64,000 bases of DNA. It comes from Neoechinorhynchus agilis. Lineage: Eukaryota; Animalia; Acanthocephala. The stretch is taken from NCBI GenBank assembly GCA_051530055.1, contig CM121342.1:13655480-13719479 (forward strand). The letters are read 5' to 3'. The notes under the pieces are model-generated. The model had not been told where the DNA came from, did not search any database, and saw only the letters and a program-made list of their open reading frames with translations. Of the stretch, positions 10,382 to 22,900 are shown one piece after another. The first letter of the stretch is position 1. Each line of letters begins with the position of its first letter. The position numbers were made by a program, and so were the translations under genes.

Positions 10382-12013
10382 ATCTTTATTTTATATATTT
10401 TGACAATCGACCGGAACGAGACTTTTATTTTTATTTTTTATTTTGGTTGAGCTTTCGTCGTTTTACGACTTCGACAGGGCCGTCTAAAACACGAGGTGGA
10501 AAGATTATGCGAACTCACAATAACATCATGGACGTGGACAGTTCGTCGTCCTCATCCCTTGTTGAGCACCTTCACGAGTCACCCCTTTCGTCTCACGAGA
10601 GATCAGTAGAGCCTCCGCGATCGCCACATCCACCGGATCCAGGGCAATATACCTGATCTTCGTGGAAAGCGCAAATAATGCTCGGCCCACGGTGTAGTTT
10701 TGTGCGATGGCGCATTGTGGTTCAGCGTATTGCGGATGTGTTCAGTGACGCGTTTGTACAACGATCTTTCTGTTTTTCCGACATAGGAATACTTCCGATT
10801 GACATCTGCCTTGCATCGTTCGTACGAGATTTCATAAACGACGTTGTTACGGCCACATAGAGATATTCCCCCTCGTTCTCCCTTCTTGTCCCTGCATAAG
10901 CCGGACGAATACCTGCACATCATGCATGATTTTGGGAATTCAATAGACGATTCATGATGTCTTGTCCTCGTCAGTATTCGGTGCAAGGTGGGTGCATTTC
11001 GGTGTACTAAGCGTACATCCAGTCCCGACTTTTGCAGGAATAGTTTAACACCGCTCGTAAATTGCTCACTGACAAACGGTATCTTCAGAATCGGCTTGAG
11101 CTCGGACTGATTCTTGGTAAAAACCATCGCTTCCATGCTGATTTACCCTTTCTGAACGCATTTGAAGCCGATGATTTCTTCACTTGAATACCCATTATCA
11201 GCAAACAAATCATTGACCTTCTGAACTGCTGAACGTTTTGCATCGGATGATGAGCAACTTCGTGCGGTCTTATGCATCTGGGCGTAAATTGCCTGCTAAA
11301 TCACCCCGGGGTGATGGGAATCGCGATGCATAACTATTGCCTTCCGGCCGACAGATTGTCTTTAGTTACTTTTATTCGCCGTGTTGCATCCATCGAGTTC
11401 AACCGACGCTAAACGTCGCTCACTTGATCATCTTCTGTGTAGGTGAACAGAACATCATCCACATAGCGGAGGTAAATCTGACTCGACGCAGGAAAATGAC
11501 AACTAGGACGGGAGCTAAACTATTACCCATAGACAATCCGTGAATTTGTCGATAGAGGCGGTTCCCGTATTTAAAGAGGTTGCACTCTAGCACTACCCGT
11601 GTGAGATGAATCACATCGGCCGGCTGCATCCCAAAGAGATTGACCTCGTCTTTGAACTTGTGCAGCATCTTCTCCAGCGCTCTTATTGCTACGTTATTGT
11701 CCACGTTCGTATAGAGCGATTCAAAGTCAAAGGACATCACACGACCGGAGGCACTACTGATATCTCGTGAGACTAAAAGGGTGACTCGTGAAGATGCTCA
11801 ACAAGGGGATGAGGAAATAAGGGCACACCTCATCAATAAAAGAGACGAATTGCTTACATCCATGATGTTATTGTGAGTTCTCATAATCTTTCCACCTCGT
11901 GTTTTGGACGGCCCTGTCGAAGTCGTAAAACGACGAAAGCTCGGCCAAAATAAAATAAAAAAATAAAAATAATTCTCGTTCCGGTCGATTGTCAAAATAT
12001 ATAAAATAAAGAT
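10382..12013 (-). mobile_element. Decayed Penelope-like element (RT and GIY-YIG fragments) with ~235-265-bp inverted terminal arms
   Basis: SFDFESLYTNV and YRQIHGLSMGNSLAP (RT); VVYEIS...YVGKTERSLYKRVTEH (GIY-YIG). Arms 10382-10616 and 11747-12013 are reverse complements. Confidence 0.9.
11910..11946 (+). ncRNA. Hammerhead-like motif with variant core (mirror copy on - strand ~10445-10484)
   Basis: GGCC-CTGTCGA-A-GTCG(TAAAA)CGAC-GAAA-GC-TC-GGCC. Stems are intact; core position 6 is T instead of A. Confidence 0.65.
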
Positions 12014-12029
12014 TAATTTAACAGACTAG

Positions 12030-12800
12030 GGATAGTTAATTGCTTCTAACTAGTCAATATTCTCGGAGCAGGTCCTGAAAGCACAATAATTATAATTAAC
12101 GGGATTGTTCTGATCATAATCCCCCAGATAAAACCTATTTTATTGAGATATTTCACGAGAAAACCTTTACCACCATTCCATATCTATCATCCCGAACGAT
12201 TTTCTCTCGATGATTAGATCTAATGTTAAAATTTCCAAAAGGTATACAACAGTTTATAATCTTTTCGACAAACAATAATTTTTATTTGTGAATACCAAAA
12301 ATCATCATATTGAACGCTAGAAGTATCATGGGTTCAATTTTTGCAAGCCTGAGCAGTATTGTGCATTCCGTCCACCGCTAATAATTGTTTCTTTGGTGTC
12401 TACATCCTTTTTAATGTTTTCCAAGATGCGCATCGCATATTGGAATTTAAAAAATTCATTCCTGTACTCAGCTGATGTTTTCTTAAGGATTTTTATGACT
12501 TCGTAAATTGGGAAATTATTGTTTATTTTTAGAATCGAGCAAGGCGTGGTCACATCTCTTGTGTATATAACATTTTTAAGGTAGCCTTTTTGGCATGGAT
12601 TTCCATTTAAGGAGAAAAATGGAATCCCGTGCTTTATAATAAACATAATCGCATACGAAATCTACATTTGCATGCCCAATCATAAAAAAGTCACGCTGCG
12701 CTTTCATGTGAGAGTGAATTCGAAATTTCCTTCCGCATCTGTCTTTGCTATCGATCACAATTTTCAAAGAGATGATTATTGTGATTATTAGCGTACGTTT
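12030..12800 (-). pseudogene. Highly decayed coding remnant, possibly an HUH endonuclease/SF3 helicase (Rep-like) of viral or transposon origin
   Basis: RIHSHM and DYVYYK lie upstream of a frameshifted DRYG-NGGKGFLVKYL Walker-A-like segment; several stops. Confidence 0.3.
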
Positions 12801-13374
12801 AGACTTTCGTTCGTTAGACTTTCTCGAAGAACATCGAATCTAATCACTGCTTCGTCTGGTTGCTCAATATAACTCGGTTCTTCTAAGTTTATTGCAGCAA
12901 ATGATTGAACGATGAAAAATAATGCGCACAGCTTGGATGAATGCATTTTATCTTTTTAGGGTGTACTTTGGAAAATACGTGAAACTCGTTTCAAACCTCA
13001 AACTAAAAGTCTTTTTATACTACAGCAATTCTGTCACATAAGAGATGTCATAGCGGATTTTTTGGTTTTTGAGACAAGCACTCATTTGCACACAGTTTCC
13101 CTCCTCTCACGTTGAAATTTGGAGTCAAGCGTGCATTCATGAGTGGAGGATAACATTGGGGGAAATCCAAGTGAGTGTAAAAGCTTTACACTTTTCGTTT
13201 TCTCATAAAATTTGACGCCTTTGATCTCATGAATGCCGGTCCGAATTTGGGCGTCAGATTGCGGTTTAGTCTGATGACCAATGTGGATCAGAGATCTTTT
13301 CCACAGTCATTTCAATATTCATAGAAGTTGACAAAACTACAAATGTGTGATGATAAAAATTATTTTTTATCGAG

Positions 13375-13425
13375 TGTTCGGAGCGAAGATAGTGGGCGGC
13401 ATCGTTTTCGTCGGTTATGGCATCA
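13375..13425. repeat. Second copy of a ~50-bp segment of the CRE-like element at 9453-9502
   Basis: TGTTCGGAGCGAAGA-AGTGGGCGGCATCGTTTTCGTCGGTTATGGCATC is shared between the two sites. Confidence 0.8.
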
Positions 13426-15005
13426 ATCCCGTCGGTAGTGCAGCCGTCGACGGTAAAAAGAGAGAAACTTTTGTTTAAAGTAGTGCGATTAAATTAATAG
13501 GACAAATTGAAGCATCTAAAGGAGATCGCGATCACGAGTGGCTCAAAGAGTTATGGATCTCTTGACAATTTGGAAGATTGAATTTTACAGGAATGGTGTT
13601 TATTCTCTTAGCCGAGTAAAAAAGCGAAAAATCTTTCGTTATAATGGGCGACGGTTCCATGTGATCATTTAATAAAACTTGCTCACAAAAACTCAGGTTT
13701 TTGAAAATATCGCCTGTAGGTACACAAATACATTCTTAATCGTTCAACGCTGGGAATTTTGTCATTTACGATAAGGTTTATAATGGATTAGTCTTGGCAA
13801 CTTCCAAAGTAGGATAGATCTGCCACAAGATCGTAATCATTTTTTACTTTGAAAGAGAACACATAGACCGCTAGAAATGATGCTGAAATTTACGACCACT
13901 TGATACATGGGCGCGTGAAATAGATGATCCACTTTTTGGAGCGAGGGAAGAGATGTTGAACTTAAAACCGAATTATTAAAAGTAATAAAATGAGGCGTAG
14001 ATCAAGGTCTGTGCCATGCTAAGGATTTGTGTGCTTTTGAGTTTGTAGAATACGATCGTGTAAATGAAAGGGGAATTACAAGCCGGATACTGTTGGTACG
14101 CATATTTGACTTGCTTCTAAGCAAAGAGTATTGAGACATCCAAAGGTGAAGAAGCGTTCTCCCAAAACAGTTAAGGAATATTTGCGGCAATCATGATTTT
14201 TACATGATTTATTGAGTGATCCTCATCGCGCGCATTATTAATTATTCTGTTCGCCCATTCCAATTGCATGAACACGAGTTAAACCGTCCAAAAAGACCGT
14301 AATTCGCTCATAATGATATAGATTAGAACGGTTTCTCCGTGCTGAATCACCAGTTTAACTTAAAAATAACATTGGTATCGCAAGTGTCCTCACTCAGATA
14401 CACATAGAAATTGAGTTTAGTGCTAAGCTAAGTGTAGTAAGCTTTAAGCCGCAACAGTAAATAATTGAGAGTTATAAAAGTCGAAAGACGCAAGACGGCA
14501 GTCAAGTTTTAATCTTGGGTTTTTAAATAGTTTTACGATAATCGATCAATGTTCATTTAGCGTGTGCTAAAAGATAAATCGTTTTTCTGCGACGTTGATA
14601 AGCGAATATGTAAAATGGCGAACTTTCGTTAGCGGCTATTTTATGAACATAAATAAACGATGGAATTAACGTAGCGTGAATTTGGGACTACAATCCTCCC
14701 AAGTAAAACAGTTATAAATCTAAGTATCGAATATACCATCCGTTTAAAGCATTTTCACTATTATTTCAGTGCGTCAAGAAGGTTTTTTACCGCGTAGAGT
14801 TCACTTTTATACCCTAAGCAAAAAAGTTAAGCTTGAACTCTACTTCTAATAATCTTTTTGTGGAAAAAATGGTGCAAAAATCAAACTAAATAATGCAGTC
14901 AGTTCTTTGAAGTATAGCACCAAAATTTAAAAATCCCACCTAGCATTAAATCTCGAGAAGCCGAACTAAAATGCACTAATAAAGGAAACCACATTCGCAT
15001 CAGTA

Positions 15006-15647
15006 TCAAAACTTTTCGCAGTTGTCATTTCCCTCGGACTCAGCACCGGCAGTGCTCGTAGTCCCGGTGGAAGGTTTCGTTCGTGTAGAGGCAAATCGTC
15101 CGCCTTCACCTCTCGCTCGCTTGACGGCATGCAGATGTCTGCTCTCGTGTAGGAATTTAGTCCTTCGCTTAGGAATAAGGCCATCTTCTTCCATCTTTGC
15201 CCTAGCTGCACGCCTTTTCATTATCCGCTCGAATTGCTTGGGATTAACGAAGAATGGTTGGTCATCGCTGGATTGAGGTATTTGTTGAGAAGGAATGTCT
15301 GCAATGGTTGACTCTTGATTTGTTGGAGAAGGATTGAGTGAATGAACAAAGACTCGGCTTGGGTTGCTAAGCATCAGACTTGAATACAGTGCCTTGGTTG
15401 CCTCCTCTTCGCAGTCATCGTCGATATCGACTTCTCCTTCATCCACAATAAGATCTTCTTCAGTAGGTTCAGGCAAAAAATCGAGTGCAGATCCCTGGAC
15501 GGCGGCGTTGGACGACGTTAGCCTGTCGATAATTGAATAGGGAACCCATCGTCCATCAGCTACCTGAGTATAAGCCGTCGGCGCTTCATCGTCCGTTTGA
15601 GTGGAGTCCGATTTGGAGTTATGACCGGCTCCTCCGTTTCCAATCAT
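15006..15647 (-). CDS. NFYA: Nuclear transcription factor Y subunit alpha; intronless
   Basis: [19 protein letters not shown]...[21 protein letters not shown] is the CBF-B/NF-YA core. First in-frame ATG at 15647. Confidence 0.95.
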   Translation of the reverse strand: MIGNGGAGHNSKSDSTQTDDEAPTAYTQVADGRWVPYSIIDRLTSSNAAVQGSALDFLPEPTEEDLIVDEGEVDIDDDCEEEATKALYSSLMLSNPSRVFVHSLNPSPTNQESTIADIPSQQIPQSSDDQPFFVNPKQFERIMKRRAARAKMEEDGLIPKRRTKFLHESRHLHAVKRARGEGGRFASTRTKPSTGTTSTAGAESEGNDNCEKF

Positions 15648-16547
15648 TTTTTGCCAGGAGCGTAGCAGCCAATAGCTAAGCGAGCGGGTTGTTGTTTGTG
15701 TTCTGAGTGGCGAACTGAAGAGAGAGAGCGAGACACTATAGGCGGTGTGCGTACGTCGAAATGTGACGGTGAATTCGGCAAGTGTAAACGTAGCCCAGAG
15801 GAACAAAGTCAACTCATACACGCTGCTTAGAAATGGGCTTTGTATAGGTTTAGGGATGCGTTAAATCAATCACGGTGAGTGGTTCTCTGTAAATACCAAC
15901 TTGTTCATATCGTATTCGGAAGATTGACGCATTCGTAAACAACAACACAAATGTGTAAGACGGGATTTCTTCACGCTGTTCTGTGTTGGTCGATGCGAAG
16001 TAGAACGGAAATCAATTACGTAAATGGCACACTAGAAGATATCTACGGTCACTTGCCCTCTCTAAATGCCTAAGACGGGAAAGAGTGCTTCTCAAACGAT
16101 GCAAGTAATTTCGTCCTTTGATCCAACCAAAAGACGTAACTATATGAACGATGTACTTTAGTTCACGAACCAACGAATTCTCGCAATATCTAGACCGAAC
16201 ATTGAGAATAAGACTTCGCGATGATTAGTAACCTTCAAGTACACATAGTCTAAGTTTATCAACACTAGGTGACCCTTTTGTTTCTAGGAAAGGCCTAAAT
16301 AAAACGCTCAACAATTCAAAGCATTCATTTTTATTGTGACATTGGGAATGTGAGCCGTGCGTTAAGAATAAATCCTCGTTTTCGATTTTATTTGGAAAAA
16401 TATTGGCAAAAATTTTGCTTCACAAGGCAAAAAAGAATGGACGAAGCCAAGAAAATTTGCGCTGGATGCAACTCACGGATACAAAGAGCGGTATGCTATA
16501 ACCAAGTATGATGATTTATTGCTTTTTTTGAAGATTGAATTGCCCAT

Positions 16548-16720
16548 GCTTTTTATGGCAGAAAATTTGAAACAATTTATTAAGTCCGATATTTCGGCAG
16601 AATATTGTGCCTTTATCAAGGTTGCTTGTGAGTAACTCACAGACGACCTTGATATAGGCAAAATGTTGTGCCGAAATATCGCACTTAATAAATTCCTTCA
16701 AATTTTTCGTCATAAAGAAC
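16548..16720. repeat. 85-bp-arm imperfect fold-back with degenerate hammerhead motif
   Basis: Arms 16548-16632 / 16636-16720 with a 3-nt loop. TTGATA(A/T)-A-GGCA(8 nt)TGCC-GAAA-TA-TC occurs in both arms. Confidence 0.8.
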
Positions 16721-17947
16721 ATTTATTGGTTTACATAATGACAATTTTAATTGAACTCGTTATGTGGATAAAACCTTACGGAGATAGCGATTATTCTCTT
16801 CGTGATTTCATATTCAACAAAATGCTCTTAGATGGCATAATTAAAATTCTAGCGTAATTTTTGCAATTGTGCAAAATTCATTATTGTGTGACGGCAAGCA
16901 ACGATTATAAACTTCATGATTATATACGAGAGATGCATGTAGTCTTTATCCAAAGAATCGCCCGCAATAAATGTTTACGACACTTTGCCTTATAATGATT
17001 ATATAATTGAAAACAGTACCAACTCTTCATATCAAAATTTGTTGCAATTTCTTCGAACGGAGAAATTAATTTAGAAACGAAATAGCATTATTGGCTACCC
17101 AAATAAGCTTCCAACGAATCACATTTATAGACGTGAAAAGCTGTTATGTCGTAAAACCGAAACTGATTTTTATTTGTGGCATATTTTATCAGACACTATG
17201 AAATAGATATTTTGCATGTAAATATCATTTTGATTCCTAAAAGTTCTTGTTTCTCCCAGATTCCATCATTTATCGCATAAGGTGAAATTACGTATAATTT
17301 CTATTGAAGCAAAGAAACTTGGGCGAATTTGAGGATATTGATCAGTACGTAGGTGGCTGAAAAGTCAAAAGAGCCAATGCCGGAGACGTGAGACATTTAA
17401 AACCAGTAAACTACTGCTTGTATTTACTACGTTTTACGAAAAAATGCAACTGTGCAACCCCCCCAAAACGTTAGTTGATTTTGAATAAAAAAACCCACAA
17501 AATTGGACTTGCGACTCATATAACCATGCAACCACTGCTTCTTTCGCGCTCTTGGAATAAGATAGAACGTCAAATCGTTGGGGAATTAATAGTTAGCATT
17601 CATGTTCAATCATAGCTAAAAATCAACCTTGAATCCAAAAGCTAAATTGTACTTAATAAGCTAGGTGATGTAAATGTATCCGTGAACGATCTTCTCGACA
17701 AGATCTTAGAGTATTCAGGTGCGAACAAGCGACCGAAAATCATTATATCATATTTCGAAGTTTTTCGCCGCCGAACTGCTAAAATCAAACGCAAATTGAT
17801 AAAAGTTAAGAAAAAATAACCTTAACCGTGGAATGAATTCGACTAATCTAAGAAAAGTGAAATGTGATGACTTCGATACAAAGGTAAACTTCATAGAATT
17901 CCCACAAAGTACGTTAAGTTATGCATCTTCATAATGCAAACGCTATT

Positions 17948-18968
17948 TTATGTGTTTACCAATGAAATTTTGACAAGTCTTTGACATAAGATCCAAAATG
18001 AACAGGATGATAGGAAATCAATGTGGTTCAAATTTCCATTTTTGGTTCCATGCGAAAGGGATTTCATTGCATTCGTGACAATATCCTCATTGTTTCCTGC
18101 CTTTTTCAAATATTCAATAAATTTTTCTGTACTTATAAAGTACTGAAAAATGTTTTTCATGTTCATTTCTGATTGCTTTTCCCCCGCAATGTTCAAAAAT
18201 AATTCCATCATGTACCGAATTTCCGTATCGACCAAAATCATCAACAATTTTTTTCCTTTACTCACTTTGTAGATCTCGTGAATCATACGAAACGATTCCA
18301 ATTCACAGTATTCTGAAAAACTCAAAAAATCTAAAATTCCGTTTATTTTCCGCGGTGTCAGCAAAAGTTTAAAACATACCATCTCTATCGCGGTCAAACA
18401 ACTTAAAAAATTCAATTTTGAGCTTTTTATCGAATTTTCTGTTAAGATAATACGACAAAATGTTTTTCCTCCTTACTTTACCATTTTTCGCTTTCAAAGC
18501 GTTGAAGCTCGTCCTAAACTTATGTGAAACATTAGGCCACGAGTTTACCTGTTCATTTTGCAAAATCTGCTTCAAAGAAAGTCGAAACGATGAACACTGT
18601 TTACACATTGAACAATTAGCATTTTTTGTGCTTTCGCTCATGCACGAACTGTGAAATGATAGATGGCAATTGATGCAACGCATAACGGTATGAGTTTTAA
18701 GAATCGAAAATCCACAATGAATACACCAATTTTTTCCAACGTTTCCTTTTACAATTAATCGGAAAATGCGATGTTCAAACTTTTTGAGGTCACACTCCGT
18801 ATTGTTGACGATCTTAGGAATTGTCGCTATGTTTGTTTCAAACATAATCCTATCTAAGAATATTTTAGGTAGGCGAAAATTTTGTACTTTTCGCTCTCTA
18901 GCTTCAGCATTTCCATAACGGATGTTCTGACAGCGAAGTGCTTCAATAAGAAGAGGTTCAACGTCCAT
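17948..18968 (-). CDS. PHF24/KIAA1045-like PHD finger plus EF-hand protein, two exons
   Basis: CIHC-x12-CINC-x4-H-x2-C...CSMCKQC finger. A ~52-nt intron splits the EF loop DRDRD|DFLSFSE. The LESFRMI...LLMIL..E segment resembles PHF24. Confidence 0.65.
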
Positions 18969-19989
18969 AGTAGTCGAATACAATCTGTTTGTTGCTCAAA
19001 GCAAAAAATAGGACTATAAATCATGTTACCATAACATCATTTTTTCCAAGGCTTATTAGGAATTTCGTTTGGAACGCTAGAACAAAAACAAAATAACCAT
19101 TAAAGCAATGTAAGTTTTTGTATTTGAATAATAAACAAACACGTTACCAGTTTCATACGAGAATTCAAGTAGGTTTAAAAGTTCCACCATTTAGGAAAAA
19201 AGATTAAGCGAATGCTAGGCGGAAAAAAATTAAATCGTCAAAATTCATCATATTGAATAACTACAGCAAGTATAGATTAAAAGTTTAAAGCAAGGATATC
19301 TGCTCTTCAAAACTGAATTTCTTAGTCTTTAAAATTGCAGTATCTTCATAACCAGTTTTTAGACGCATGTCGAACTTTCACATACAGAAAAGGTCTACTA
19401 GAGAAACAAAAAGGCTTTTACGGTGATTAATTTATTGCTACACAGCGCATATGATTTAATTGGACTTAATGATGTATAACTGTTTTAATCTTGAATTTCT
19501 CGATAGGATCAGATAACTTCGTGATACCTGGCTTTATGTGTCCTGTCCTATATAAAATGGCAATTGTCACAATTGGCTCCTTGTTTCTGCCACCTACTTG
19601 TGTCGATCCCAGTTCGCATTTGCAGACATTAAGCGCTTGCAGCCTTTAAATGTAAATCTGAGAGAAAATAATAGTTTGTTTTTTAGACGTGAGCATTTGA
19701 TAGACAAAATTTCCGATGCAGGCAATTTTAAATTCAGTCCCATCGAAACGATTTGCGCAAATGCATTCGATTAATGCACATGAAATATAACTGAGAACCT
19801 GAGTAATCGTCGCAGATTGATCAAAATGTTGATGCAACTATAGTTTTGGACAAGTGAGCGATATTGTGTATGAACATTAAAATAATGATAAAAAATACTA
19901 TTGAAGAACACAGGTGATTTTACAGTATACATTTTTTATAAAAACATAAAATACATTTCCCCAGTCGAAAATAAAACCACAGATTGACA

Positions 19990-22900
19990 ATTAATCCCAT
20001 CAAATCGCTCTATTCAAATACAATTCCGCGCTGCCCATCGTCGACCCGCTAAACAAAATCACAACGCCTACAAACCTCTCGGCCTTGCGATCGTTTTTTG
20101 TTGTCCATACTAAAACCACTGAAAACATCCAACGACCGAATCCTTTGCGATTATAATAAAAATCCATTCCATAAAATCGTTTTATTAAAATTCAATTCTG
20201 CGCTGTCTATCGTCGGCCCGCTAAACAAAATCACAACGCCTACAAACCTCTCGGCTTTGCGATCGATTTTTTGTTGTCCGTACAAAAACAACTGAAAAGA
20301 TCCGACGACCGAATCCTTTACGATTATAATAAAAATCCATTCCATAAAATCGCTTTATTCAAATTCAATTCTGCGCTGACTATCGTCGGCCCGCTAAACA
20401 AAATCACAACGCCTACAAACCTCTCGGCTTTGCGATCGATTTTTTGTTGTCCGTACAAAAACAACTGAAAAGATCCGACGACCGAATCCTTTACGATTAT
20501 AATATTAATCCATTCCATAAAATCGCTTTATTCAAATTCAATTCTGCGCTGACTATCGTCGGCCCGCTAAACAAAATCACAACGCCTACAAACCTCTCGG
20601 CTTTGCGATCGATTTTTTGTTGTCCGTACAAAAACAACTGAGAAGATACGACGACTGAATCCTTTACGATTATAACAAAAATCCATTCCATAAAATCGCT
20701 TTATTAAATTCCAATTCCACGCAGTCAATAGTCGACCTGCAACATCAAATCGCAAAACTTACAAACCTCTCGACTTTGCGATCGATTTTTTGTTGTCCGT
20801 ACAAAAACAACAGAAAAGATCCGACGACCGAATCCTTTACGATTATAATAAAAATCCATTCCATAAAATCGCTTTATTCAAATTCAATTCTGCGCTGACT
20901 ATCGTCGGCCCGCTAAACAAAATCACAACGCCTACAAACCTCTCGGCTTTGCGATCGATTTTTTGTTGTCCGTACAAAAACAACTGAGAAGATCCGACGA
21001 CCGAATCCTTTACGATTATAATAAAAATCCATTCCATAAAATCGCTTTATTCAAATTCAATTCTGCGCTGTCTATCGTCGGCCCGCTAAACAAAATCACA
21101 ACGCCTACAAACCTCTCGGCTTTGCGATCGATTTTTTGTTGTCCCTACTAAAACAACTGAGAAGATCCGACGACCGAATCCTTTACGATTATAATAAAAA
21201 TCCATTCCATAAAATCGCTTTATTAAAATTCAATTCTGCGCTGTCTATCGTCGGCCCGCTAAACAAAATCACAACGCCTACAAACCTCTCGGCTTTGCGA
21301 TCGATTTTTTGTTGTCCGTACAAAAACAACTGAGAAGATCCGACGACCGAATCCTTTACGATTATAATAAAAATCCATTCCATAAAATCGCTTTATTCAA
21401 ATTCAATTCTGCGCTGTCTATCGTCGGCCCGCTAAACAAAATCACAACGCCTACAAACCTCTCGGCTTTGCGATCGATTTTTTGTTGTCCCTACTCAAAC
21501 AACTTAGAAGATCCGGCGACCAAATCCTTTACGATTATAATAAAAATCCATTCCATAAAATCGCTTTATTAAAATTCAATTCTGCGCTGACTATCGTCGG
21601 CCCGCTAAACAAAATCACAACGCCTACAAACCTCTCGGCTTTGCGATCGATTTTTTGTTGTCCGTACTAAAACAACTTAGAAGATCCGGCGACCAAATCC
21701 TTTACGATTATAATAAAAATCCATTCCATAAAATCGCTTTATTAAAATTCAATTCTGCGCTGACTATCGTCGGCCCGCTAAACAAAATCACAACGCCTAC
21801 AAACCTCTCGGCTTTGCGATCGATTTTTTGTTGTCCGTACAAAAACAACTGAGAAGATCCGACGACCGAATCCTTTACGATTATAATAAAAATCCATTCC
21901 ATAAAATCGCTTTATTCAAATTCGATTCTGCGCTGACTATCGTCGGCCCGCTAAACAAAATCACAACGCCTACAAACCTCTCGGCTTTGCGATCGATTTT
22001 TTGTTGTCCCTACTCAAACAACTTAGAAGATCCGGTGACCAAATCCTTTACGATTATAATAAAAATCCATTCCATAAAATCGCTTCATTAAAATCCAATT
22101 CCGCGCTGACTATCGTCGGCCCGCTACACCAAATCACAACGCCTACAAACCTCTCGGCTTTGCGTTCGATTTTTTGTTGTCCGTACATAAACAACTGAGA
22201 ATATCCGACGACCGAATCCTTTACGATTATAATAAAAATCCATTCCATAAAATCGCTTTATTCAAATTCAATTCTGCGCTGTCTATCGTCGGCCCGCTAA
22301 ACAAAATCACAACGCCTACAAAAACCTCTCGGCTATGCGATCGATTTTTTGTTGTCCGTACAAAAAGAACTGAGAAGGTCCGACTACCGAATCCTATTCG
22401 ATTATAATAAAAATCCATTCCATAAAATCGCTTTATTCAAATTCAATTCTGCGCTGTCTATCGTCGGCCCGCTAAACAAAATCACAACGCCTACAAACCT
22501 CTCGGCTTTGCGATCGATTTTTTGTTGTCCCTACTCAAACAACTTAGAAGATCCGGCGACCACATAATTTACGATTATAATAAAAATCCATTCCATATAA
22601 TCGCTTTATTAAAATTCAATTCTGCGCTGACTATCGTCGGCCCGCTAAACAAAATCACAACGCCTACAAACCTCTCGGCTTTGCGATCGATTTTTTGTTG
22701 TCCGTACAAAAACAACTGAAAAGATCCGACGACCGAATCCTTTACGACTATAATAAAAATCCATTCTATAACATCGCTTTATTAAAATCCAATTCCGCGC
22801 TGTCTATCATCGGCCCGCTACACCAACTCGAAACACTTACAAACTTCTCGGCTTTGCGATCGATTTTTTGTTGCCGTACTAAAACAACTGAAAAGATCCG

